A stretch of 63,376 nucleotides of DNA, filler included, from Globobulimina sp. (GCA_003354225.1; 31 parts of 31 records of this genome joined end to end with filler, not necessarily neighbours in it); one strand, 5' to 3'; numbered from the whole stretch's first letter, positions 1 through 11,576 are shown. Program-made: numbers and translations. The notes: generated by a model not told the origin, from the sequence alone.

Positions 1-325
1 CGTTTATAATTTGGAAACGGGATTCACCCCGGCAACGGGAAACCAAGTAACGTTCAATAAGGATATGACGTTCGATTTTTCGGCCGATCTTTCGATTTCT
101 TGCGACGTGAACAACGTGGCTATTTTGTTACATACTTATTTGGACGCCGTCAAGGTATCGACCCGGGAATATAAAACAGGAATTGCCGGCAACCCTTTAC
201 CCATTTTGGCCCTTGGTTCAATCCCGGTTTTGAACACCCAAGTTTTGACGTTATACATCGAGGCCGAGAAAAGTTGCAATGTAACCGCCTATTTTGCCAA
301 CATGGGATTTCACGAACAAACTTAA
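1..325 (+). CDS. Phage hypothetical (possibly structural) protein, 5'-truncated
   Basis: Open frame from the contig edge to TAA at 325; beta-rich composition; tightly packed and co-directional with the downstream phage genes. Confidence 0.55.
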   Translation, partial: VYNLETGFTPATGNQVTFNKDMTFDFSADLSISCDVNNVAILLHTYLDAVKVSTREYKTGIAGNPLPILALGSIPVLNTQVLTLYIEAEKSCNVTAYFANMGFHEQT

Positions 326-345
326 TTTCACCATAAATTAAAACC

Positions 346-654
346 ATGACAGACAAAAAGAAAGACCCCCGATTTTTGAAGCGTTCAGAATTAGAACGTG
401 AATTGGTACGACGTGACAAACAAGCGTTGATTAGTGACGCCCTTAAAATCTTTGACACGAACACTATGTTGTTCGACCAAATCGAAACCGCAAAGGTGGC
501 CGCCGGTTCATTAGAGGCCGAAAATAAGACTTTGTCCGTTGAGGTGGATAGATTGAAAGCCCGAACCCTTTGGTCTATCTTAAACGAACGGATTCAATGG
601 CGTATCAACAAAATGAAACAACGTCGTCAATCCCATAATTCGCCGACGATATGA
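346..654 (+). CDS. Phage hypothetical coiled-coil protein
   Basis: 102 aa. ATG follows an A-rich leader (AAATTAAAACC) with no Shine-Dalgarno, as is typical of Bacteroidota. Its stop overlaps the next start (ATGA at 651-654). Confidence 0.7.
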   Translation: MTDKKKDPRFLKRSELERELVRRDKQALISDALKIFDTNTMLFDQIETAKVAAGSLEAENKTLSVEVDRLKARTLWSILNERIQWRINKMKQRRQSHNSPTI

Positions 655-1292
655 AAATGAGATTAACCATACCGACCGAATTGTCCGACATCACTTTGGA
701 AATGGCCCAAAAGATTCTTTTGATTGACCAAAACGAAGACATTGAACCATTCGCCAAACGTGTCCATTCCATGGCTATCGTCACCGGGAAGACGGCCCAA
801 GAAATCAGCCGTGTTAATTACATGGACTTGGAAAACCATTATGACAATGTGTTCGCAATGATTGAGGGGAACGGGATGGAAGCCCCGTTGAGGCGTCACG
901 TTAAATATTTGGGCCGGGACTACGCCTTTATTGAGGACGTTCGGGATATGGAAACGGGGGCGTTCGTGGACATCGACCAAATGACGAAGGGCGACAAATA
1001 CGCTGAAAACTTACATAAGATTATGGCGATTCTTTACCGACCGGTTGAAGCCAAGATCGGCAACCGGTATCAATTAAAATCGTATGTCGATGAACACCCG
1101 AAAGACCGGGAACAACGACAAGCCATATTTTTAAAACACATGACTTTTGACGTGGTGCGTGGGGCGGCCGGTTTTTTTTTGGCCGTCATGCGGCAATCCT
1201 TAAATATTTCAAACAACTTATTCCCAACGCATCGGGTGGGGATGGAAGCGAAACAGATAATTGGGGATGGTATCATTTCATCTATGCCGTAA
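651..1292 (+). CDS. Conserved Bacteroidota-phage protein, putative tail assembly chaperone (gpG-like), with a slippery T9 run
   Basis: Motifs IPTELSDITL, GAFVDID, ENLHKIMAILYRP and GAAGFF match a family I recall from uncultured aquatic Bacteroidota phages. T9 run at 1172-1180. The function is inferred. Confidence 0.65.
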   Translation: MKMRLTIPTELSDITLEMAQKILLIDQNEDIEPFAKRVHSMAIVTGKTAQEISRVNYMDLENHYDNVFAMIEGNGMEAPLRRHVKYLGRDYAFIEDVRDMETGAFVDIDQMTKGDKYAENLHKIMAILYRPVEAKIGNRYQLKSYVDEHPKDREQRQAIFLKHMTFDVVRGAAGFFLAVMRQSLNISNNLFPTHRVGMEAKQIIGDGIISSMP

Positions 1293-1396
1293 GCGGTCGC
1301 AATCTTTGTAACTTTGACACGGTGTTGAAAAAGGGGATTAACGAAACAATTACATTCTTTGGATATGAAGCGGAATTATCTAGGCGTAGTAAATAG
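1172..1396 (+). CDS. -1 frame extension (gpGT-like) reached by programmed frameshift
   Basis: The -1 frame is open from the T9 run to TAG at 1394-1396 with no ATG. It reads FGRHAAILKYFKQLIPNASGGDGSETDNWGWYHFIYAVSGRNLCNFDTVLKKGINETITFFGYEAELSRRSK. Confidence 0.7.
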   Translation, partial: FFFGRHAAILKYFKQLIPNASGGDGSETDNWGWYHFIYAVSGRNLCNFDTVLKKGINETITFFGYEAELSRRSK

Positions 1397-1799
1397 AATT
1401 AAAGAGGTGGCATTGGCCCACCCACAAATTAATTCAGCCGACGACGGCCGGGAATTAGAATTTGATACAACCAAAAACAACATTTGGCCCCGGCTATTTA
1501 TCCGGACGGAAGACGGGCCGGTTGAGGGTGGGTTGGGTTCGGTCGAATTGTCGATAAACTTTACCATTCTTTTAATGGATCGTTTGCACACGGCAAGGAC
1601 AAACACCACCGACGTATTGAACACCACCCATTCGGCCCTTACGGACGTGTTGGCCACCCTCAACAAAGATGGATTGATCCGGGTGGACGATGGTTTCATT
1701 AGGTCGCCGTTGTATGACTACCAAGACACCCAAACGTCGGGGTGGCAAGTGGGTATTAAGGTTTATTTGGATTCTGTTTTCCAATGTTATACGGTTTAA
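1365..1799 (+). CDS. Phage protein, probable tail terminator / head-tail connector family
   Basis: About 144 aa starting at ATG 1365. The size and alpha/beta pattern (WPRLFI, NFTILLMDR, SGWQVGIKV) are typical of tail completion proteins, and the context fits. Confidence 0.55.
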   Translation: MKRNYLGVVNRIKEVALAHPQINSADDGRELEFDTTKNNIWPRLFIRTEDGPVEGGLGSVELSINFTILLMDRLHTARTNTTDVLNTTHSALTDVLATLNKDGLIRVDDGFIRSPLYDYQDTQTSGWQVGIKVYLDSVFQCYTV

Positions 1800-1800
1800 A

Positions 1801-1949
1801 ATGGCAGTAACGACACACGGGACTTTTAAACGGTTGGATGAATCAGCCGAGAAGTGGGCCAAGCGGGTGGTGAAAATTGCCCGTGGAAACTTGACCCGTG
1901 AAAAGGCCAATTCGTCCAAGAAACCTTGGCGGTCGATTCGTTACACCTT
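1801..1949 (+). CDS. Phage neck/tail-completion-like protein, 3'-truncated
   Basis: ATG 1 nt after the previous stop. KWAKRVVKIARGNLTREKANSSKKPWRSIRY resembles a conserved Bacteroidota phage morphogenesis protein N-terminus. Confidence 0.55.
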
Positions 1950-2049
1950 NNNNNNNNNNNNNNNNNNNNNNNNNNNNNNNNNNNNNNNNNNNNTTAATTA
2001 ATTAANNNNNNNNNNNNNNNNNNNNNNNNNNNNNNNNNNNNNNNNNNNN

Positions 2050-2419
2050 CAATAATATGAATATCATCTTCAACCAAAATCATGCAACAACGCGAACAGT
2101 CAGAATAGTGTTTATTCATTTTATTTATACTCTGCAACGCATTATTTTCATTCAATTTAATTTTGAATAAACAATCTTCTGCGCCTCCATAAATAAATAG
2201 TTGCTGCTGTTTGGAATTGAAAATGATACGATAAGCATTGCTAAGTTGTATATTGAATGGAAGTTGGCAAATTTTGGTTAATTTATTTGTGCTTGAATCG
2301 AATTTCATGATTTCCTGACCTGCACCAATTAAAAATTCATGATCGCTAATTTTCGTGGCATTTGTTGTATTTTTTTGCAATTTAATATTGACATCAGTCC
2401 ATTTGTCTGTAGTTGCCAT
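2050..2419 (-). CDS. Kelch/beta-propeller-like protein, N-terminal fragment
   Basis: Repeated blade-like motifs (HEFLIGAG, QLFIYGG, DDIHII); truncated by the linker. Confidence 0.5.
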
Positions 2420-2515
2420 TTTTTACATTTTTTGGTTTTCTACTGACTCATTTTTAAAAAAACTTGTATGTATATGACGCACAATAATTAGAAACAATAC
2501 AAAAAAAAAATATTG

Positions 2516-3797
2516 TTAAATATCAGCACTTTTATGTGGTGTTAATGTGTGTGGCGTGGAATGGTCATTTGAAACATGGGAACCATCGATTGAATGACAT
2601 CGAATATGTTGAATCTCATTAATAATTTTCGCATTTTTACGTTTTTCATGTTTCCGTTTCTTGCAATGTTTACAATATTTGGATTGTTTTGTATTCTCTC
2701 TCTCTTTCTCATCTTCCTCTTTTTTCTTTCTTTTCTTTTTCTCACTTTTTTTGCCTTTATCATTCTCATCATTATGTTCATTATTTTTTAGATTTTTTAA
2801 TTTCTGCGATGTATCGTTTGTAATCTTCCCAAATTTGTACTTCATAAATCTTACAAATTTCTTCCGCAAAGAAAATTGTTTCCTGTATTTTATATATTCA
2901 CTATCGATCATCCCACCAATCTCAATAAATAATTGCCCCAATTTCCTTATGCCAGAATCGCCAAATTCGTCGCGACGGCGCAGATTCTCCGACAAATATA
3001 AATTTTGCGTCCAACGCCGCACATCACGCAAAACAATATCTACCTCCATCTATTACCAAATTGCACGCAAAAACGCATAAAAACACTATAGAAACGCTAT
3101 AAAAACATACCATTTGCGAGATTGGCTCGAAACAATCAATGGCAAATCCCATGATAATATGCCATATTTCTGCTGGCATACTCACATTGTAGTTATTATT
3201 GATTTTTCTCTGTAAATTGAGAATATTTCCTACATTGCTCAATACGAACGGGTCAAAACTCGATGAATCCAATACATTCCACCCAATATTTTTGGTGGAA
3301 CCCATTGACACAATATCATGAAATTTGCCATCGCCAAATTCAAAATTAAATTTTTGATACACACCGCCCAAACATTGCATATCTTGGTCTTGGCTCAACA
3401 TCAATGGATTGGAAATACTGTTTATATCATCGGCAAAGCCATAATTCGTCATATCATCCATAATATTGTTGCTGTTGTTGTCATCATCGTTGATATCAAT
3501 CTTTTCATTCTGATCGGTCTCTACATATAAGACCCATTCGTGCGACTCTTCAGAGGTATATAATATGCGCAAACGGGAGTGTTTGAATAATATTTTCAAT
3601 TTATTCCATGATTTATCTGTTGCTTCAAACGGCCATCTCTCTAATAATTTATTTTGAATCTCGTATCCTAATTCTTCAGTGAATTCCTCTTCCATTCCTT
3701 GCGATAGTTTCGGTGCTGACACATATAAGCCATCACTGTGTTTGTTGAATAATGTGCGCTCATCCTTGCGAATTAAAGCTCCCAAGGCTCCAAGCAT
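2516..3797 (-). CDS. Two-exon hypothetical protein with a Lys-rich C-terminus (intron 3050-3110)
   Basis: A GTATG...AATAG 61-nt intron joins ORFs 3024-3797 and 2516-3049 in frame. MPAEIWHIIMGF is weakly F-box-like. Confidence 0.6.
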
Positions 3798-4122
3798 TAT
3801 TTTTGAGTCATTTTTTTAGTATAAAGTTTTGGGAGATATTAATGGATTCTCTTTCAACGCAACAAGAGGTCTCATTCAATGATGACGAAGTTTCTAAGAT
3901 CGTGTGGCAAGTTTAGATTATATTTAATATTTCAATTTTGCAGCATTTTGCAATCACGATCGGAATTGATATATTGAACAGATTTTGGATTCTCAACTNN
4001 NNNNNNNNNNNNNNNNNNNNNNNNNNNNNNNNNNNNNNNNNNTTAATTAATTAANNNNNNNNNNNNNNNNNNNNNNNNNNNNNNNNNNNNNNNNNNNNCA
4101 GATATTAATATTTATCATTTTA

Positions 4123-6047
4123 ATGATCACATTTTACCGATTAAAAATCCAACAACCATCAACACCTCAGAAACAACAGGATTTACAATCTGTGAACGTG
4201 GCAAATATGATTAAGCAAAGAAAAGCATTGCCATCAAATCCTATACTAACAACTCTGTATCACCGCGATATTACAACAACATCAGTAATCTCACAGCAAT
4301 ATTTCGATCAAGCGATGATATTATCTGCAGCCTTCAACCACGACGAAGCAATCCGGTCCCTATCATACGCATTAATGTATGACGCAAAATGTGTTATGTG
4401 TCATTGGGGAATGGCCTATAATTATGGTATGAATATAAACCGCAACAACAACGAACAACGTTTATCATTGGCGGTGAAACACGCAAATTTAGCTCAAAAA
4501 TATTCCACTGAAACTGCACCGGATCAGGCAACCCTCTATTTAGTTGATGCGATGTTAAGTTATTTATAATTATATAATTATAATTATGCATGTTCAGATA
4601 TGTATAATTTGCTGCCAATCGAATTGAAAACAGGTTATCTCGATTCCCATCGGGGCGAACCATGGAAGATGACGTGAATAAATATTTGGATATTTTCAAG
4701 AATGCAATGCAGAAATTAGCAGAAAAGTATCCTGGCGATGCAGATGTATTGCTGTTATATGCTGAGTCATTGATGAATACAATGCCATGGGATTATTATC
4801 ATCGCGCTGTCAATGTCGAAAGTGGATTATTAGAATATTCGCCAAAGCCTGATACCATTAAAGTGTATGCCGCAGTAAATAGAGCATTAGAAATCGCACC
4901 AAATAATTTATTAGCACTACATTTATATATTCATATATTTGAACCGGATATGAAATCAGTGGTTTCTGCGCAAATTAATGTGGAAGGAATTGCTGATGAC
5001 AGCTGATCGGATGCATGATTTATTAGTACCGCATTTGGATGAAATTCGTTTGTTTGGTATTGGCCATTTAATTCATATGCCGTCACATATTTATATTCGA
5101 ATTGGCAGATTTGAGGATGCGAATGTTGCCAATATTAATGCTTATAAAATGGCAGAGGAATACTATGATTATTATAATATTAGCGATATCCATGAAAATT
5201 ATAATCAATTTTATCGTGCATTGTATTATTGCCATAGGATAACATTTGTTGTTTTTTCGTCAATGATGAATGGGCAGTTTGCAAAAGCTGATAAAAATGC
5301 AAAATATTTGCTTGATAAATGTGCATTTTCCACTGAGACTATTTCTTTTTTTTTTGAGAATGCGAGCTGGAGAGACAAAAATTTGATAAGATTTGGGAAG
5401 TTTAAGGTTATCTATCCATGCAACAAAACAATTTAAATCAGTCTTTTGTGGGTAATATATGGAACGAATTCAGCTCAAAAGATGGGTTTAAATTGTTTTT
5501 ATAATTTAAAATTCCGCATTAAATAAAGGAATTGATTGATAATTATGAAAAAAATGATGAGTGGAAAAGTAAAAATGTGGCAAATAATAAATATGCGCCA
5601 GTTCAAAGTGCCTATGCTCGGTCATTTGCCTATGTTTCATTGGGAGATGAAGAAAATTGCAAAAAAGGATATGAGATTTATAATAATGAATTTTTATTAG
5701 GATACAATAACAAACAGATCAGAGATATAATGTTTGTATGGCAGGATGCCGGCGTAATTTTAGATGTTTCACGTTCGTCATTTTTAGGACGATATTATGA
5801 TAAATGCGAAAATGATTTGGATAAATCTGTGGTTGAATGGAGGAATGCGGCAAAATACTATGATGAATTGGCATATATGGAGCCACCATTTTGGCCCATT
5901 AATAATCGGGCGTGTTTAGGTCAGGTTTATTTGGATCGGAAACAGTATGGAAATGCACAAAAAGCGTTTAAAGAGGATTTCGATCAATTTGTTTTAAACG
6001 GATGGGGATTAAAAGGAATGATAATGACATTACAAAATATTGATCCA
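4123..6047 (+). CDS. TPR-repeat protein of the bacterial/fungal 'FNHDEA...HLxHMPSHIY' family, multi-exon, partial
   Basis: Motifs AFNHDEAIRS, CVMCHWGMAY, LYAESLMNTMPWDYY, HLYIH, GHLIHMPSHIYIRIGRF, ELAYMEPPFW and NGWGLKG. Introns at about 4554-4633 and 5408-5529, plus a frame change near 4959-4986. Confidence 0.8.
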
Positions 6048-6920
6048 NNNNNNNNNNNNNNNNNNNNNNNNNNNNNNNNNNNNNNNNNNNNTTAATTAAT
6101 TAANNNNNNNNNNNNNNNNNNNNNNNNNNNNNNNNNNNNNNNNNNNNTTTTTGTTTTGTGTTTGGGCGAATAATCGATGCTTTGTGGCGTCTTACAACTG
6201 ACCAAACAAAGTCAGTTCCATCGATGCCAATGTTTGAAAGAATGAAATGCAAATTTGGACTCGACATCAAATATTGTCTCATCACTCAATGCCAATCACC
6301 ACATATCTTATAATGACATAATAATGGCAGTTAGCAGTGGCGCAATGAGACGAATTATCTTTGAAAATAAGAACGAAAAATATATCGAATCTATCAATAA
6401 AAAACAATATTAAAACGATTTCGAATATGATATAAATGTTTTGTCTGTGATTGCACCGTTTAATGCTTTTTCAAAGTCTTTTGCATTAAGAAATGAGTGG
6501 ATATTAAAAATTCATACTTCCAAAGCATTGCAACCAATCAAACATCGATATCCGTGGACAATATATGTCATTGCTGCGATCAGAGGGAATTTAGCCGGTT
6601 TATGGCATGGTTTATCACGTTTTGTGGTTAAACAATTGCAAAAATTAAGCATCTTTTTTCATACTCAATGTTGCGAGGACCAGTCAATAATAATAATGAG
6701 AATGATATATATTTTTGCAATATTAAGATAAATGATATTGCAGTACATGTTGGTGACATATTTTATTCGCAGATGCATGAAATCCTAATGTTTGGAAATC
6801 AATTAAGTATAAATTTAACAGTGGATCAAAATGGACAACAATATGCACAACAATTTTGCCAACAATTTTGCCAACAATTTGAAAAACTAAATAATATCAC
6901 ATCAATATCAAGTGTTTAAT

Positions 6921-8096
6921 TTAAATATTATATGGAACACGATGGTCATAACAATACTTTTGCCACGACACATTATATGACTTTTGTGGCTGCTCTGCAT
7001 TATCTTTGTTTGCGTCCCATCTCAACAAATTCTCTCTTGATTTGAACTGACTGACCTCGGTCTTAAACTGTTTGATGCCGGATATTCTGGTTTGCGATGC
7101 GTTCATTTTAGGCACCATTTCACCATCAAAAACCATATGCGATTTGAGCGCAGCAGCCGCAGTATCCATTGGCGGCGGTTTTTTCCTCACAATATTTTCA
7201 TTAAATTCCTTGTTTGACATTTCATTCCATGTTAAAATGTCCGATTTGCGAGACTTTGGAAACGTTTTCCTTCGAGTTAACATATGCGACGCTGCGTTGT
7301 TTGCGGCTCCTTTCCATGTAATGATATCACTGGGATGGTCCACAAAAATCAGTGGCGCTCTCTGTGCATTTACGGCATCGTTGGTATCAAAATTCCCAAT
7401 TCTTTGGCATTTTGGATCTGCGAACGCTTTGTACAAATCCGATAAACCGACATTTTGATGAATTTTACATTTTGAAATAGTTTTTTGTTGCAATGCATTT
7501 AATATAAGGCCACATTCTTTAATTTTATCTTCAAACTGCGAAATATTTATTATTTGCTGGCAATACAATTTGCAAAGTTGCTTAATCGATGCATTTGTGT
7601 CACATTCCGAGGCGTGGCATTCATCGATTTTTGGTCTTAATATATGGTGGACATCGACTGATTTTTTTGCATTTTTCTGATTTAAAGTATATGAGGTCGC
7701 AGATTCCAAATCGGCTCTGACATTTTCATCATTTTTGTGGATATCATTGGCAGATTTCCATTGCAGAAAATCTTTATTGTTGTTATTATATCGATATATT
7801 TCTGTGTTAAAAGAGCCAACGGCACGGGATCTATGCGGCGAATTTGGCTCTGTTTGACTTTGAATTGAATGATTATTAATATTCGGTTTTATAATATTCA
7901 TCATTTGATTTACGGTTTTGTCGTCCGAGGTATTTAATACTTTGACAAATTCATTAAATTTGAGCGATCCACATTTCCTTCGCATAAACGACTTATATTC
8001 TTGGGTCGGATTGATTTTTAACGCTTTAATTCTGGCTTCGAACTCCTCTTTGTTTACATTGCCCAAATCGTATTGGCAGAATATTTCAAGTAATTT
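6921..8096 (-). CDS. Hypothetical eukaryotic protein, 5'-truncated
   Basis: Uninterrupted ORF of at least 381 aa in AT-rich DNA; no recognisable domain. Confidence 0.6.
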   Translation of the reverse strand, partial: KLLEIFCQYDLGNVNKEEFEARIKALKINPTQEYKSFMRRKCGSLKFNEFVKVLNTSDDKTVNQMMNIIKPNINNHSIQSQTEPNSPHRSRAVGSFNTEIYRYNNNNKDFLQWKSANDIHKNDENVRADLESATSYTLNQKNAKKSVDVHHILRPKIDECHASECDTNASIKQLCKLYCQQIINISQFEDKIKECGLILNALQQKTISKCKIHQNVGLSDLYKAFADPKCQRIGNFDTNDAVNAQRAPLIFVDHPSDIITWKGAANNAASHMLTRRKTFPKSRKSDILTWNEMSNKEFNENIVRKKPPPMDTAAAALKSHMVFDGEMVPKMNASQTRISGIKQFKTEVSQFKSRENLLRWDANKDNAEQPQKSYNVSWQKYCYDHRVPYNI

Positions 8097-8832
8097 NNNN
8101 NNNNNNNNNNNNNNNNNNNNNNNNNNNNNNNNNNNNNNNNTTAATTAATTAANNNNNNNNNNNNNNNNNNNNNNNNNNNNNNNNNNNNNNNNNNNNGGCG
8201 CTGTCATCGACGGCGTTGCCACCAAATTGCTGTTGGTCAAAGGCTATGATAAAGGTTTGTATGCCGGCGGGTCATTGGATGGAGCCAGTATTATTGCGCC
8301 GGATAAGGATGTTGTACCTGGAGGAATACATTTAATACATTTCCGTTTATAGGCAAATCAAATACGGATTTCGAATTAAGTGATATTGATTTACAGAAAA
8401 AGGTTCAAATGTTAAATATTGCCATACCGGCACTACCTCAGTTACCTCCGCCTATACCTCCGGTGCACGAAGCAGATGGACCAACAAATAGATTTACCGG
8501 AGATAATGCATTTGATGATGATTTTAGTCAAAGTGAGTAGGAGATTTTTAATTTTTTAGTGTGAAATTTGTGTGTAGTGTGCAAGAATACTAGTATTCTT
8601 GTTGTGTGTGCTTAATTTTATTGGTTTTAAGGATCTTTATTCTTTTAGGTGTAGACTTTGAGCTATTTCAGGATCTAGAAGCCACAGAAATGAATTCAAA
8701 AGCGCCAACATCTGTAATTATAGATATTAACAGTTATAATTGTCAACCAATTCACTGTATCCATATTGTAACAAATCATATTTAATCATGTATGGATGCA
8801 TTACATTCCATATTTTACACATTATATTTTCA

Positions 8833-9891
8833 TCAAACTGTGAATAAAATTGGTGTTTTGTTAAATACAAACTCCCAATCTCCGATTTTAGCTCTTTTAA
8901 TATATTTATTTCTTGGCAAAGTTCTATGTTTATTTTTATTAAATATACACTTTATTTTGTGCCTATAATTAGCATTATTTTCTTCTAAATGTTGTTTTGT
9001 AAATAAAAATTGTAAGATATGCCATATTTCATTTTCAATATTTTCAAATCGAATCAATAAAACATTACGATTAAGTTTTTTAAATTGTTGGTAAATCTTA
9101 AATGTTTCAATAAATTGATATGAAAATCGCAACAAACGAACAGCATATTTCTGTAAATATTGAACATCAAATTCATGCGTCAATAGGTTGTGAATATGGC
9201 CATTCACTGACTTGTTTATATTACGTTGGAATTCTGAGAAAAATGCATCCCACGGATTGCGAAATAAAAATATCGCTCCAATTTTATCTGTGCTATTTTG
9301 CAAATTCTTATTTGATGTCAAATGTTGTCGCTTACATTTTTTTGTTGTCCCATCCAATGATTGTTGCAAATATCTCCTTATGTAATTAGGCTTTTTTGTG
9401 TGTTTTGTAAATGTTTGGTATATATTTGAGTTATTATGCATTTATACATAAATCAGTAAATTATTAACATGTGCTTTTAGAATAATGGTCGAGTTATTAC
9501 AGCGGACATCGCCTTTAAATCCTGCGTTTATTAGAAATTTATCATTGGTATGAATGGAGCCAGTATAATAATTGCTTATTAATTCAATAATTAAGCGTAC
9601 AAACGTATTGCCACTGCCTTGGAATGATATTAAATACGGTGGCAATGAATGAATAAACTTGTGAGCATCATTCGGAGTTCGAAATCGGATTTCATTTTTA
9701 TTCCAGACACAATTGGATTTATTTATGATGTTTAATGGCAGCGTTGAGGCAGATTCGCAACTGGAATATTTATAAACAGCTGACAACGCATTGTAATCAA
9801 CAATTACTTGAATTAATGTGATGAGACTGATGATAATCACACAGCACACAGGAGGAAACATGAGACTGTATTTATGTATTTTGTAGTTCAT
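8833..9891 (-). CDS. WSCD/sialate:O-sulfotransferase-like PAPS-dependent sulfotransferase, type II membrane (intron 9391-9468)
   Basis: N-terminal TM helix; LISFQGSGNTFVRLIIE (5'-PSB-like), YYTGS, and FLFRNPWDAFFSEFQR (3'-PB-like). Removing the 78-nt GT-AG intron removes the in-frame TAA and restores LKAH|P. Confidence 0.8.
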
Positions 9892-10434
9892 CAAAAAACG
9901 TCTGAAAAGCAAATAGCATCCTTCTGACCGAGTTCTGACGAATAAAAAGAAAGAATACGAATTTTTTTTATCAACTGGTTATGTAAATTCATATGCGGAT
10001 TTTATTAAATTTGGTGGAAATATGGAGAAATGTATTGAAGAGCATCCTGTTTTCAACGTCAGATTATTATTGTTTCTGAGAAACGAAGGCAAACCTATAT
10101 AATTTTTGTCTTTGTCAGTCACCAGAAACGGTTTGCATCTACCTTNNNNNNNNNNNNNNNNNNNNNNNNNNNNNNNNNNNNNNNNNNNNTTAATTAATTA
10201 ANNNNNNNNNNNNNNNNNNNNNNNNNNNNNNNNNNNNNNNNNNNNATCTTTTCGTGGAGCATGGGAGAAACTTCCACCCATGTTTGGAAGGAGTGAAGCA
10301 CAGATTTGTGTTAGGCACATCTTTGGGGACTAGGAAATATATTTATCAGCTGGTACGTATACAATATTTGAAGAAAAGTACAACAGGTTCTTTAGAAAAA
10401 GCTCATTGCATTTATAGAAAACAACATCGAATCC

Positions 10435-11436
10435 ATGTTCACAAATTCAGCATCAACAATCCCTAAACATCAACGCAGACTGTTTATGCAAATGCAATAT
10501 CACTGTCTCAAACATCAATGGAAAACGTTATGTGTCGTGTCGCTATTTCTCAATTGTTTATTATTGTTTTCATCAAAAACAAGTGACGCAGCAATAATAA
10601 ATGTCAACCAATTAAATAACACGAATAATAATTTACAATTTGAACTCATTCGAAGGCAAAGTTTATTTCATTTAATATTGCAAAGCGAAAAAGATAAATT
10701 AAGTGATAGGAATATTGTAAATCTAGTAAATGATATTTATACATTGCACAATAAAACAGTCACATTCATTCAAGTCGGTGCAGCCAACGGCGACTATCAA
10801 AGCACAAATGATCCAATGCAAAGAAATGCATTTTTATCAAGCAATTGGAAGGGCATAATGATGGAACCGGTTCCGTGGTTATTTGATGGATTAAAAAAGA
10901 ATATTAACAATGATAATAGTCAAAGATTAACATTATTGAATGCTGCGTTGGTCGCCAATGATGACAAAGATAAACACAAAATATTTTACCGCGTTGATTT
11001 AGAATTATTAAAAGAAAAGATAAGAGCAACAGGTGGTATGTGGGACGTCAGATTAGCTAAACAGGCTCATTTTATAGGTTCATTTTATAAAAATCACATT
11101 GTTAAACATTTGGTGCAACACTTAAAAATGAGTCAAGTTGAGGCAAATTTCTATGTTAAAGAGATTTCTGTGGAAACTATGACAGCGCGAAATGTATTTG
11201 AAGATTTAAATGTTTCTAAAAAAAATATAGATCTGTTTGTGGTGGATACAGAAGGTTATGATTTTATTGTTTTGAAACAATTTTTATTGCAATTTACGGA
11301 GTTTAGACCATGGATTGTAATTTATGAGGATTACCATTTAAATAACAATGATAAACAATCAGCAAAACAAATGCTGCACAATATGGGATATTATACATTG
11401 CAGTCTGGCTTAAATGTTTTATGCATTAAAATGTAA
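10435..11436 (+). CDS. FkbM-family SAM-dependent methyltransferase with N-terminal membrane anchor
   Basis: FIQVGAANG, WKGIMMEPVPWLF, IDLFVVDTEGYDFIVL and PWIVIYE motifs. Confidence 0.85.
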   Translation: MFTNSASTIPKHQRRLFMQMQYHCLKHQWKTLCVVSLFLNCLLLFSSKTSDAAIINVNQLNNTNNNLQFELIRRQSLFHLILQSEKDKLSDRNIVNLVNDIYTLHNKTVTFIQVGAANGDYQSTNDPMQRNAFLSSNWKGIMMEPVPWLFDGLKKNINNDNSQRLTLLNAALVANDDKDKHKIFYRVDLELLKEKIRATGGMWDVRLAKQAHFIGSFYKNHIVKHLVQHLKMSQVEANFYVKEISVETMTARNVFEDLNVSKKNIDLFVVDTEGYDFIVLKQFLLQFTEFRPWIVIYEDYHLNNNDKQSAKQMLHNMGYYTLQSGLNVLCIKM

Positions 11437-11576
11437 ACAGAGTGCAATTGATTGTTGCAGTGGACTTTCTAGTATTTATTATTTTAATTTTAAATCCGTT
11501 TTATACACTAATATCACTGAATTTCATCAAAGAAATTATCATTTCTTTCCAGTTTAGAAACAGATCAACAACAAAA

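Noticed and set aside
2594..3080. Phe-rich 'membrane' ORFs on the + strand, and similar antisense ORFs elsewhere (e.g. 29320-30015, 42001-42870, 47257-49047)
   Set aside because: They are shadows of Lys-rich, repeat-rich or conserved genes on the opposite strand.
8198..8540. Short exon-like 3' end of a gene (...PQLPPPIPPVHE...FDDDFSQSE)
   Set aside because: Too short and fragmentary to assign a product or a reliable structure.
9442..9444. In-frame TAA between two sulfotransferase ORFs, suggesting readthrough
   Set aside because: The stop lies within a 78-nt GT-AG intron (9391-9468).
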